Positions 1 to 12,539 are shown, numbered from the stretch's first letter. The stretch is 64,000 nt of DNA from Octopus bimaculoides (GCF_001194135.2 NC_068986.1:24168059-24232058), one strand, 5' to 3'. Notes: generated from the letters alone by a model not told the origin. A program made the numbers and translations.

Positions 1-2198
1 ACTATCCTTATGCCAAGAACGGAGTGTAATATTGTCACACTGTCTCCGTCACTATGTCTTTATCAATCTAACGAGTCAAATTTGCAAGAATTATCACACA
101 TTCGCTCGCCTTCTTCAGAACGACGGGTCTGAAACTATTCAATATCCCGGTTTCAAGGGCTATTCCCTGTAATCGTCACTTCTAGTACATCCTTGCAACA
201 AAGATTCATTGTTAGTTGTCACTTTCTTTTATATTAAACTGATTCGCTTGTGTTTCTGAATACTAAGTGCTAATAAAAAGTAAATCACCTCCTGTCAAGT
301 TTTTTATGAGACATAAACTTAGTATATTTGTAGTATACAACACCTACTTAAAATTTGACAGTTACGTATGAATGCACTTATTAATTTATGTAAAGAAGTT
401 GTAACAATAGAAAAATGTCTCGCTGTTTTTATAGAATTCTGAATAGAATCTCAAAATATTTATACATTTTATAATGTGTTATAAGAAATAACTTTGTGTT
501 ATGTAACATGAGAAGTAGATAGATTTAGCCATACGTCGAAATGTTTGTAGAGTGTGGTAAACAAATACTGCAGGCCACGTAATGCAGGAAGCCACCACTT
601 CTGCGCACCAACATATCAACCCCATGCTTCATAGTCATTACTTTTTCTGACAACAAATATTTAATATTTATAGTTAATAAAACCTGAAGAAGCTATTGTT
701 AAATAAACACATATATGATTGGTGTAAATCACTATACGATATATATATATCTGTATATATATATATATATATATANNNNNNNNNNNNNNNNNNNNNNNNN
801 NNNNNNNNNNNNNNNNNNNNNNNNNNNNNNNNNNNNNNNNNNNNNNNNNNNNNNNNNNNNNNNNNNNNNNNNNNNNNNNNNNNNNNNNNNNNNNNNNNNN
901 NNNNNNNNNNNNNNNNNNNNNNNNNNNNNNNNNNNNNNNNNNNNNNNNNNNNNNNNNNNNNNNNNNNNNNNNNNNNNNNNNNNNNNNNNNNNNNNNNNNN
1001 NNNNNNNNNNNNNNNNNNNNNNNNNNNNNNNNNNNATATAAAATCTTTGAACATAAAAAAGCGCATTATTTTTGGTATGTGTATAGTAAAATTCACCCAT
1101 AATATACTCGATAAAACCTTTACATTAACAAATATGTTACGGAATTGCTGTAGTAAACCTTATTTATATTTTTGACTTTGTCTTCTTAAGCAAGATTTAC
1201 TCTTCCAACCCCTAATTCAGCCCAACTTGTCTAGCATATAATAATAAAGTGATCATTTCATGTAGATTAATAGACAACCCATTAACTTTATTATTCTTTA
1301 ATTCATTTATTAATTTTCATTCATTTTTCATCTCATTCACTTATATATGAACCACCTTCAGTTAAATATCCCTCTACTTTATTAATAATTACCACACATA
1401 GACAGTTATTCATACGCTCTAGGGAGTATATTAATTACGTATGAATTTCTATATAAATTCATGTATTAACAATTAAATTACATACAAAATATATATGTGT
1501 GTCTGAGTATACGTGTATAAGTGTTAATATATACACGTGTATCTGTGGGAGAGAGTGTGTGTGTGTGTGTATGTGTATATATATCCATGTTTTTGTATGA
1601 AACTAGACGGTTTGTATAGATTGTTGTGTACATATATGTATTTTTATTTTTATTTTTATTTCTGTTTTTATCTTTACTTTTATTGCTATTATTTATAAAA
1701 AATATATAGATATGCATATACGTATGTTTAATTGGATGTATTTATATTTTTATGCACAGATATATTTATGCATATATGAGTGTGAGTTTTGACGTGGGTA
1801 TGTATATAAATATACATACATGAACTTATGGGAGTAAATGTGGATTTTTTGTGTGTATATATGAGCATACACACAAGTATAAGTGATTATATACACTCAT
1901 CTCAATATTTTTGTAGAAACACAAGATTAAACCCATTTATAATCCCTTTTATTACATAACATTCCTCTCCAATTTTTATCGGATTTATATCAGCCTATCT
2001 TCTCCCAACTCTACACTCTGAATTTCCTTTCTCTTTTTTTCTTTTTTCTTTTCTTTTTTTCTTCCCTTATTGTCCAACTTACTATCTGGTAGCGTCCTAA
2101 TCTCCAACGGTTTTTTCAAATGAATTACGTTATAACCTTCTCCAACTATAGTTATCATACTCGGTCATAATGTCTTACGTTTAAGATGGTGTCCATAC

Positions 2199-2290
2199 AT
2201 TCCCTGAGGAGAAGTTTACATTTTTAACATTGACGATTCCTATGGATCGCATAAATTGTAATTCTTCGAAACTTATGTCGGAATAAAGTA
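2199..2290 (+). ncRNA. Minimal type I hammerhead ribozyme (Penelope pLTR-type)
   Basis: Stem I ATTCC (2199-2203) pairs with GGAAT (2280-2284). Core CTGAGGA at 2204-2210. Stem II GAAGTTTACA...TGTAATTCTTC (2211-2267) has an internal hairpin. GAA at 2268-2270; stem III AC-TTAT-GT; cleavage triplet GTC (C2279); AATAAA at 2282-2287. A pyrimidine-rich tract lies upstream (2020-2070), as in PLE 3' regions. Confidence 0.8.
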
Positions 2291-3015
2291 TGCAGTTATA
2301 ACATGCGTTTACTCCATTCCTTAAATATATATATNNNNNNNNNNNNNNNNNNNNNNNNNNNNNNNNNNNNNNNNNNNNNNNNNNNNNNNNNNNNNNNNNN
2401 NNNNNNNNNNNNNNNNNNNNNNNNNNNNNNNNNNNNNNNNNNNNNNNNNNNNNNNNNNNNNNNNNNNNNNNNNNNNNNNNNNNNNNNNNNNNNNNNNNNN
2501 NNNNNNNNNNNNNNNNNNNNNNNNNNNNNNNNNNNNNNNNNNNNNNNNNNNNNNNNNNNNNNNNNNNNNNNNNNNNNNNNNNNNNNNNNNNNNNNNNNNN
2601 NNNNNNNNNNNNNNNNNNNNNNNNNNNNNNNNNNNNNNNNNNNNNNNNNNNNNNNNNNNNNNNNNNNNNNNNNNNNNNNNNNNNNNNNNNNNNNNNNNNN
2701 NNNNNNNNNNNNNNNNNNNNNNNNNNNNNNNNNNNNNNNNNNNNNNNNNNNNNNNNNNNNNNNNNNNNNNNNNNNNNNNNNNNNNNNNNNNNNNNNNNNN
2801 NNNNNNNNNNNNNNNNNNNNNNNNNNNNNNNNNNNNNNNNNNNNNNNNNNNNNNNNNNNNNNNNNNNNNNNNNNNNNNNNNNNNNNNNNNNNNNNNNNNN
2901 NNNNNNNNNNNNNNNNNNNNNNNNNNNNNNNNNNNNNNNNNNNNNNNNNNNNNNNNNNNNNNNNNNNNNNNNNNNNNNNNNNNNNNNNNNNNNNNNNNNN
3001 NNNNNNNNNNNNNNN

Positions 3016-3047
<32 letters not shown>

Positions 3048-3384
3048 ACTAATATTCGCAGATTCTTCAACATGACGGCTGTCGGTTACAAGCGGACGGT
3101 ACTGCGACTTTTTAACTCCAAGAAGACATCTCCTCTAGCCGGGATATAGCGGGCAGGGGAGCGAATCCTTACCACCTTCTAGCTACGGGACCAGCATACC
3201 ACCCTGGGCTCGAGTTATTTCTCTCCCATCTGCGGTATTAATCACCTCGTCTCCTAGAGATGCCAGTAGCTCGTTTTTGCTCGCAATATATAAAATTTGA
3301 AGAGATTTACAGTCACTGAGTTTCCAACAAGCTAAAATGGTAGTTCTGAAATCTCTCTAACAGATCAATGCAGTTGTTGTACTA

Positions 3385-3858
3385 AGAAGTAGTTGTACTA
3401 TAGCCACGGGCTGATTAAAGCCTTGTGAGTGGATCAGGTAGACGGAAACTGAAAGTTCCCCGTATGTATATATATATATANNNNNNNNNNCGTTTCGAAG
3501 ATAAGGCAGATAGTACTCTAGAATAGTCTCTTCCTGAGTATTGGATCGACCCACTAAACAGAGGATTCCAAGGTGGAAAACACAGACTAAGACAGGAAAA
3601 AATAGACAGTGAAAACAACATTAAAAAGCCGTGGGGCCAAACGCGAATCTGGTATTGAACGCTAGTGATAGGACGAAGCTGGACGGAGAAAAAACAGTTC
3701 GTCTCGCCTTCATAGTGGCTGGAGTGAAAAGAGAGAGTTGACCACAAGTCACACGTGAGCAGAGAGGATGGTGACATTGATCGACCTGTGGCTATAATAG
3801 AAGACATATATATATATATATACATATATATTTATGTATATACACACAACACATACAA

Positions 3859-3912
<54 letters not shown>

Positions 3913-4145
3913 GCATTTATGTATGTATATATTTTTGGGTTATATGTTTGTGTGTTTATCCACCCTAACATCGCATGAAAACCGATATGTTTACGTCCCG
4001 TAAACTAACGGTTCGGCAAAAAAGACCTGACAGAATAAGTACAAGGCTTACAACGAATAAGTCCTGGGTTCGATTTGCTCGACTAAAAGCGGTGCTCTCG
4101 CATGGCTGCCGTCAAATATATAAAACACATAAAAGAATAAAAGAA
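3385..4145 (+). mobile_element. tRNA/CORE-type SINE family B (internal microsatellite), interrupted by an insert
   Basis: Left part CTATAGCCACGGGCTGATTAAAGCCTTGTGAGTGGATCAGGTAGACGGAAACTGAAAG, then (TA)n. Right part TGTTTACGTCCCGTAAACTAACGGTTCGGCAAAAAAGACC...AATAAGTCCTGGGTTCGATTTGCTCGACTAAAAGCGGTGCT. It matches the inverted copies at 10.9 kb and 20.4 kb. Confidence 0.8.
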
Positions 4146-5258
4146 TATAAGTAATTTTGAGTGTAAAGCGTTAGTTTCATAATCAGTCGGCATACCAGCA
4201 TAGCGAAATATCTGTCAACGACCGACTGGTTCGAAAAATAGGAACTTCTCAACCCACCCCTGATCTCGAGCGTATTTCATGAAGTACAGCTCTAACTGCA
4301 GTAACTACACTAACTGTTGTATCAGTTATTAAAGTAATGACATATGTCTCTGTCCGCTGAGCAAGATTGTGCTAATTAGCTAGTTTGAATGGATCGGTTA
4401 TACGTTGAGTTAATTATAATGTTAATCAGCCAATAATATCGGCATTTATGAAGTAAGTTAATGAAATAAGCTAAGTCTTAAAGTCAATTTAAAAGTTTTA
4501 TCGAATTAGTTACGCTAATAGAATATTCAATGTTACTATATTTGTATGCATATATTCTTTTTAAAATTAGCTGCTAACAATATGAATAAAAATCTCAATG
4601 GCAATGCCGTCCAATCATTATTATTGCTGAAAAGGGTTTTATACGTGTCAATGTAGGAATGAAGGTGTGTGTGTAAGCATATATGAGAATGAAGATGTAC
4701 AAGTGTAAATATATTTCTTCCCACAGTAGCTAGACAAGAAAATAATAATGATAATAACGTAAAGAAAATATAACCAGCATAGAATAAAAACAATCCAAAA
4801 GTTTAGAGTTTATTGAAGAAAGTCTTAGAAAAAAATAGATTATATACAGATGGAGAGAAGGAAAAATAAATATAAATGAGAAAAATATAAAAATATGAAT
4901 GTAGCCTTGGTGGAATTCTGGATACTGTAAGTTATATTGTGGAATGTATTGTGTGCAGCAGTTCAATTACGTAAAAATAATATATTGTAAATGGGTTTGT
5001 CGTGGTTTATCAGATTTTTGGAAAATAAGTGCTGTATAAAAGTTATTGCGATGCTCATTATTGGGTTATGTTTAGTGGCATTGTATTTTAGTTGTATGAT
5101 GTTTGTATGAAATATCATTATGAAAACATGACTTGTGTAAGTAGTTGAGAATTAGAAAGTGTTGAATTGAATAATAGGAGAGGCATATCGTGTGACTATT
5201 CCCTCTGTCTGTCTCTCTCATATATACATACACATATCTACTTATTTATCCATCGATG

Positions 5259-6430
5259 CACAGAGTATCCCAAACACATTTAGACATGTTTAAAACACTT
5301 CCTGAAGAATATCGGTTTTATTATCTACATCTTTCGCAAAGATTTGCATATGTCTTTTGTTCGTGTATCTATTGTTTCGTTCGTCTATAACAGGTTTGTA
5401 AACAAACATGGTTTCGAAAGCAGAACGTGACCAGATAATCACTTTGAAAAAGCTACCGTGAGCAACAAGACCATATAAAAAAGCAGTTGAATGTTTGCCG
5501 TAAATCAGTTTTCAATGACTGGAAACGATATATATATGGAATACGCTACTACTTCTAGCAAGCGAATTCCTGGCAAGAAGCGATCAATTCGTACCAAACA
5601 AATTTTTGACGCTGTGAAGAAGGGAGTGAACCGAAACCCCCGCAAGAGTGCAAAGATAACTGCAAAAATTCTTGCTATTTCGATTTTAAAGAGGATTTAA
5701 AGCTAACTGCACACAAGAAACACACCCGGCAATTGATTTTAATAGCTTTCAAGAACAAATGGCTCGATAGGGGAAAACCACGCTAGAATGATAGGTTTTA
5801 TGCACGTAATGCTGGAGACTTTCCTGAAGGTAGGAGGAGTCATTGACACCGTCTGATGTCAGCTTCAATTATGGTGTGGGACGGAGTTGCATCTGATGGG
5901 CCTAAGTGTCCCTTGATCGTCTTCGATACTTGCGTCAAGGTCACCAATGAAGTTTATGGGGAAAAGTTGGATGAGCCTGAGTCACAGAAACCTTTGGTGA
6001 CCATTACATCTTCATTCAGGAAGGGGCTCAGGTTCACATGTTCAATTTGACACAGAGGTGATGCAAAGAGTACTTCAGCGGTTTTGTGGACAAGACGTTG
6101 TGGCCTCCCTCAACTTCAAAATTCAATTCCATGAACTTTTCTATCTGGCCCATCTTAGAGTGTAATATTGTGCTCGCTTCTATTCAAATGTGCTAGATCT
6201 GAAGAAAGCTTTTCTGTCTTCAGGGGTCGAGTTGGATGAAGAGGTGATACGGTGCTCACGCAACTCAGTGACCACTCGTTTGCAGGCTATAATCATTTTG
6301 AAATGTAATACTGCAATGCATGGAAAATGTGCATTAGAACGTCTGTGCCAAATTTCATTATCCTACCTGAAGTTTATTTTGAATAATTAAAAAATATCAA
6401 TTAGCGAATCTTTCTGGGACACCCTCTGTG
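5259..6430 (+). mobile_element. Decayed Tc1/mariner transposon, DD37D (maT-type) transposase pseudogene
   Basis: ATG at 5408 (MVSKAERDQIITL). HTH-region fragment KRIPGKKRSIRTK...VNRNPRKS, then ASIMVWDGVASDG, then YIFIQEGAQVH...LWPPSTSKFNSMNFSIWPILE with 37 residues between the second and third catalytic positions. Multiple stops and frameshifts. Right TIR at ~6390-6430. Confidence 0.85.
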
Positions 6431-6557
6431 AATGTGTGTGTGCCTGTCTGAGTGAGTATGCAAATAACATGCACATAAATGTGTGTGTATATATATGTAT
6501 ATACACACGCATATATGTGAATATTATTTGTATACACACTCAGATACACACACACTT

Positions 6558-6600
6558 ATACAGGATGTCCCAGAAAGGTTCACCAATTGATATTTTTTAG
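6558..6600 (+). mobile_element. Isolated left-end TIR of the same maT-like family
   Basis: TATACAGGATGTCCCAGAAAGGTTCACCAATTGATATTTTT is close to the reverse complement of 6390-6428 (AAAAATATCAATTAGCGAATCTTTCTGGGACACCCTCTG). Confidence 0.7.
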
Positions 6601-7580
6601 ATCGATAGAATAAGAACGATGAAGATACATAGATAAAGAGAATGCTATAGATATGTAGACAGACAGATAGATACATACACACACTTACACATACATATAT
6701 GCGTGCGTAAGTACATACATATCTGCTTGCATATATACATGCATGCATACACACATACATAAATAATTACTTAGGTAGACCAGCGACAGCGTTGTAAATT
6801 TGTCACATATTCTAGATTGCTTTTTCTGTTATAAATGTTTGAGAGACTAGATTTAATTAACTGCAGCCATTTATCAGTTGCTGAAATATTGACACCCGTT
6901 GAGAAACAATTTGCTTTATTTCTAAGTTGAGAATATTTAACAAATTGACCACGGAGATTCATTTGTACTTAATAGCGTGATAAAGAAGCTCGATTTTTTT
7001 TCCACGCACAATGTCAAAATCTTATGTGATATGAATACTGAAATGGAGACTGTTCAAGTACACATATATACATACATACATGTTTGCATACATGTTTGCA
7101 TACATGTTTGCATACATGCATATATATATATATATATANNNNNNNNNNNNNNNNNNNNNNNNNNNNNNNNNNNNNNNNNNNNNNNNNNNNNNNNNNNNNN
7201 NNNNNNNNNNNNNNNNNNNNNNNNNNNNNNNNNNNNNNNNNNNNNNNNNNNNNNNNNNNNNNNNNNNNNNNNNNNNNNNNNNNNNNNNNNNNNNNNNNNN
7301 NNNNNNNNNNNNNNNNNNNNNNNNNNNNNNNNNNNNNNNNNNNNNNNNNNNNNNNNNNNNNNNNNNNNNNNNNNNNNNNNNNNNNNNNNNNNNNNNNNNN
7401 NNNNNNNNNNNNNNNNNNNNNNNNNNNNNNNNNNNNNNNNNNNNNNNNNNNNNNNNNNNNNNNNNNNNNNNNNNNNNNNNNNNNNNNNNNNNNNNNNNNN
7501 NNNNNNNNNNNNNNNNNNNNNNNNNNNNNNNNNNNNNNNNNNNNNNNNNNNNNNNNNNNNNNNNNNNNNNNNNNNNNNNN

Positions 7581-8358
7581 CTACGTTTGAACGTTCTAGT
7601 TCACTTCCGCTTTTTGCAGCAGTTCTTGGAAGAAAGGTGTGTAGTGTGTAATAGTCGCAATGAATATGACAAAGCAAGTTGAGCTGAGAATCTGCATGAA
7701 ATTTTACCAGAAGATTGGCGATACCTGCTCAGGGGCCTTCGCAAAGTTTTCAAAAAGTTTTTATCCTTCTCGATACAATCAAGGAGATCTTGTGCAACTT
7801 AAAGCCGAGTGTCTTTTTGGTCAACTGAAAGCCGTTTTGGCACAAACTTGGCAGACACGCGTCTCATACCCAAATCTTCAGTGGTAATGAACTGAACTGA
7901 ATAGTAACTAATCCGTACATTCTCTGATAACTCACGGATGGTGAGTCGACGATTCACAACACAGTTGCACGCACATCTGCGATGTTTTTTCAGTTCTGCT
8001 GGTTGCTGGTCCCAGAACGTTTGTTAATATCGACATTTTTCAGCCATCGTGGAAACATCTGAACCGTACACTTGTGTGCGGTAATACACCCCTCTCCATA
8101 CACTTTCTGCAACTTTGCGTAGGCCTCTGAGCAGGTATGGCCATGACAACTTCCTCTGTCATGGTCTATAGGACGATCACATGCTATACACCTTCCTTCG
8201 AAGCACTACTGTAAACAGCGGAAGTGAGTTAGAACGTTAAAATTTAGTGAGCATGCACAGCAGATTTTGAAATCAATCTGTGCTGAGCAACTTCACTCTG
8301 CATGCTTTGGCTTCGTTATTATGGCAACAGTCATGATACTCATTGATCAGACCTCGTG
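7581..8358 (-). mobile_element. Non-autonomous mariner derivative with the 5' end duplicated in inverted orientation
   Basis: Minus strand: TIR CACGAGGTCTGATCAATGAGTATC (8335-8358) and transposase N-terminus VNRRLTIRELSENVRIS...EDLGMRRVSAKFVPKRLSVDQK...QDLLDCIEKDKNFLKTL. Plus strand 7581-7748 repeats the 5' region (MTKQVELRICMKFYQKIGDT). The left end is lost in an N gap. Confidence 0.85.
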
Positions 8359-9589
8359 TGCAGACATGCACACATAATTATATATAGCATATAGACCTAA
8401 ACTCTCATGCATAAACACACACATACTGACACTCGTACACGCACAAATGGATCTCGGGCTTGCAAATGATGTAGAACAATTATAAAGGTGGGAATATCTA
8501 ACTGGAGTATGTCTATGCAGGGCTTAAACTTTAGGGAAGCTAAAATAAGATCCGGTTACTCAAGCCTTAGAATCTCTCAGATTTGCTTTTAATAACCTGC
8601 AGATAGGTTTGATTTCCGTACGAGGTTGATTGCAGTAGTTGTCGAATTCTGTTCCCCACTTTATTAGACTCTGTATTGTATTACACTCCAAAATTTTCTT
8701 TCTGCATTTATTTTTTTACAACATCCACATACAACAATAACTACAAGTCATTAGCCTCAATCACCACACAGCTAACTCTCAAACCTTTTCCTGTTACTGT
8801 AGGCCTTTATAACGTGATTCTGGATGTGAGGAAAACCGGTGCCAGGTTCTTCATGATATTAATGAGGTACGCGAGCACCCGCTCATAAAGTGTTAGTTCA
8901 AGGTGATATTAATATCTGTCTTATTAGAAGAGAGGCTATTTATTGGGAAGCTAAGACTTTGGCACTCATTTTCCATTTTAGCATTGCTGCCAACAAATTG
9001 GGAAAAAACTGAATGCCAGAATATGCCACGCAAACGGCTCACCTCACTGACACCATCGATGCATCACAATGACTGCTATGCGGCACAAAATCAGATTAAT
9101 TTAGACGAAATTGTGAATTATGTGCTAGCGTACTTAATGTGACAATCACGTTAACTCTAATTAATCGATGTATCGAGGTGAGGTAAACATTGATGAAAAA
9201 TTATTAATAAAATCCAAACAAAGACAACAATCACAACTCAAAAAATATAAAATTATAATGAGTTTATGCATTTGATTCATAATTAAGTTCTTAACTACTA
9301 GTCAGCAGAAACTCATGTAAATTCATATAAACACTAAATTTTAAATAATGGCAATTCTAAACAGTTCAATTAATTTACTTACTGAATAAAATTAACTATT
9401 CATTTGAATATTCTTTGATCACTATATAATTCCCATTTGACACTTGCTGTTATTTTAAGTATTGCACTTCATTTTAATTTCATTACTATCGTATATTTTA
9501 ATTGATATAATAATCGCCAGCTAAAATATAGCATACGGTCTGAAATCAATGTCATTGCGTTGGTTAGAAATATCATGAAATCAAAGTAT

Positions 9590-9720
9590 CATGAAGGCGG
9601 GAAATTTGTTGGCAGAGATGTTAGAGCGTCTTAGAGTAAGTCATATGGTATTAGCCCTGTCTCCCTGCTCTCTGAATTCAAAATAACGATGAGGCTAAAA
9701 TTAACTATCATAAACTGCAA
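9590..9720 (+). mobile_element. Degenerate SINE family A head
   Basis: AAGGCGG...TTGGCAGAGATGTTAGAGCGTC...CTGAATTCAAAT resembles the intact copy at 43520. Confidence 0.45.
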
Positions 9721-9844
9721 TTCAAGTCAAAGAAAAAGAGGAAGAGACAAAAGGACCAAATGTCATTTTAGAGCTTTGGGCTCATAAACCCGGTTTCTCA
9801 GATTCTTTGGTGTCGCTTGGTTATTTCTTATTTTTTATTTTTGT

Positions 9845-9985
9845 TTTTGCCAGTTTAATGAACTGTAGCAATGTGAATTGATGTGTTTTTCGCAAGAACA
9901 CAGCGCATCTCTCGGTCTCGGAATCGAAACCACACTCTTATAATCACAAGCAAAGTATTCTATTCAACAAGTCCTTCCCCCTCTG
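9845..9985 (-). mobile_element. tRNA/CORE-like SINE fragment (family D)
   Basis: The minus strand has a B-box-like GTGGTTTCGATTCC followed by the CORE-like GCTGTGTTCTTGCGAAAAACACATCAATTCACATTGCTACAGTTCA. Confidence 0.5.
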
Positions 9986-10034
9986 CCAACCAAGTTAATT
10001 AGAAGGGTCCAAATCCCCGATATTTCACCTATAC

Positions 10035-10087
10035 TCTTTCACTCCCTGTCTCCTTCTCTCTCTCCTCTCTCTCTCTCTTTCTCTCTC

Positions 10088-10137
<50 letters not shown>

Positions 10138-10195
10138 TCTGCCTTTGTTTCGCTGTCTCTATCTGCCTTTGTCTATCTGTCTCTCTGTCTCTCTC
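10035..10195. repeat. (CT)n microsatellite decaying into CTGT/CTAT
   Basis: Read directly from the sequence. Confidence 0.95.
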
Positions 10196-10886
10196 TATCT
10201 GTCTATCTCTTATGGAAACTTTTATATGAGGGGTCTAAAAAGGTTCGTTAGGTACCACGGCTCCACCAATTTTTTCGCTACAACTGCGGACATAACAAGA
10301 AAGGAAAATGGTTTTAATACTAAGTCTTGCCTGAATCACGAAGATTCCAAAGAGATAGGAGAATCACTTAAGTCAGTGAAATATATATTCCTAGTATCAT
10401 AACAGTACATTATTTTCTGCAGCAAGAATAAATATTTTAAAATCTGTCATGTACATACTCTTATCTACCAACTCTTTATTAATGAATGTGTACGCAGCTA
10501 ATGTTTTATATAGTCACCAAACTATATACATCTCCGCTGATGTATCTTGTTCTAAATTACTCCATATCCTTTTGCTTTCTATGCGGTATATTTGAGGTCT
10601 ATTCTTCTCATTTGTATATCGAAATCAATGAAAATCTCTATAACAACAACTGGAATTTCAGATATTTAAGGTACTATATATTGAAAAACAATCAACGATA
10701 AACACTAGTACATATATACATGTAAGATTTTCCAGTATCGTTAATCGATATAGTGCTAAACTGGTGTGCGGTTGAATAATATATCCCTAGGAAAGAACAA
10801 CTTCATTCCATACAGACTTATATACATATATATAGGTATGTGTGTGTGTATGTGTGTTCGTGTGCATGTGCATGTGTGTTTATATA

Positions 10887-11395
10887 TACTCTTTTACTTC
10901 TTTCAGCCATTTGACTGCGGCTATGATGGAGCACCACAAGTCGACCCCAGGACTTATTCTTTATAAGCCTAGTACTTATTCTAGCGGTTCTCTTTTGCTG
11001 AAACGCTAAATTAAACACATCAACAGCAGTCAACTTGCGATGGTGGAGGGACAAACACAGACACACAAATATATATATATATGTATATATCCGACGGGCT
11101 TCTTTCAGTTTCCGTCTCCCGAATCCACNNNNNNNNNNNNNNNNNNNNNNNNNNNNNNNNNNNNNNNNNNNNNNNNNNNNNNNNNNNNNNNNNNNNNNNN
11201 NNNNNNNNNNNNNNNNNNNNNNNNNNNNNNNNNNNNNNNNNNNNNNNNNNNNCAGCAGTCAACTTGCGATGGTGGAGGGACAAACACAGACACACAAATA
11301 TATATATATATGTATATATCCGACGGGCTTCTTTCAGTTTCCGTCTCCCGAATCCACTCACAAGGCTCTGGTCCTTTGCCTATAGCCACTCCTAT
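10887..11395 (-). mobile_element. SINE family B with deleted tRNA head and a 105-bp duplication across a gap
   Basis: CAGCCATTTGACTGCGGC...GTCGACCCCAGGACTTATTC...GGGACAAACACAGACACAC-(TA)n-CGACGGGCTTCTTTCAGTTTCCGTCT. 11024-11128 is identical to 11253-11357. Confidence 0.85.
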
Positions 11396-12539
11396 ACATA
11401 CATACATACATACATATATATATATAGTGTATTTACATATACATATATATGCACGTATATATACATATACACGTTTAATTTTATAGAATATTATAAGTAA
11501 TATGTGTGAGTGTGTTTGTGTGTGTGCGCGCACCTATGCGTGTCTGTGTACCTGGGTGTGATGGAATTTCATCATATACAAAGCAAACAACTTGTTGTAG
11601 ATGTCAACGCGAAAGCTTCCAGTTTTTTATGAAGAATGCATTTTGTGGAATGAAACTCCATAAATACCGGCTAACATGAAATCTGTAACCCGACTCAATT
11701 TCTCCCATCGCTCATCCACTTCTCTCTGCTAAAGAACAAATATCTGAAATGAAAGCTCCGTCTTCTTTCTCACACTAAAATATAATCCACTGTTTTATGA
11801 CTTCACAATTGTGCAGCTTGCTTATACTTAAACTGAAGTTATGGAACACTCTTAAACATAGTATTGGACACATTCGCCTTCTTAAAATAGAAATTGTAGG
11901 TAGTAATAAAGGCAGAAGAAAATAGTTGCTTTAATGATACGTTTATGTTGTCTATAGAAAGCGGAAGAACCGCATTTATTTGAAAGTTCGAGAAAATCTC
12001 TGAGTGCAAAGTTGTAATTGCGTTTTAAGAACAGAAGTTGGAAGAAGTTTTACCAGTATCCTCTGTTTTATACGCAACCGAAATGTTGTTCATGATGGAA
12101 TACTTAATAAAATGGTAGACACAAATATATTAAAGCCAATGGTTGGTTTGAATTTTGTCTACTTTTAAATAAATACCTAAGATAAACATCCGAAGCGAAA
12201 TAATAAAATTCTAAGAGTTAGGTGATCCAACAATACCAGTGCATCTTATACAAACACCTTTAACAGAGGCAGAAATCCTATCCAGTTTTGTTAGATAAGA
12301 ATGCTATTCTGTAAAACGTATATAATTTTAAGATGTTCTTAATTTCTTTGAAACTCGTGCTTTAAAAAAAATGGTTACGAATAAAACTTAAGATATTGAT
12401 TCGGTTGGTTCTTCCTGTGACAATTACTAAATTATTACTGATTGGGGGAAGCATACTAGCAGTGAAAATACTAATAATCTAGTTCAAAACGATGCAAATG
12501 AATAAAGTCCTTTCAAGGTATCTAAGAAATAATATGTGG

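Noticed and set aside
1-230. Minus-strand peptide LQGIALETG...IDKDIVTETV resembling a LINE ORF1
   Set aside because: Short, stop-ridden and without a diagnostic motif.
8620-8890. Possible LINE RT fragment on the minus strand (ERVLAYLI...)
   Set aside because: Only a few residues of similarity; not supportable without a search.
11626-11728. Minus-strand peptide QREVDERWEKLSRVTDFMLAGIYGVSF after an AG, loosely like a Cys-loop receptor TM4 region
   Set aside because: The hydrophobic stretch is too short and no other receptor exons were found.
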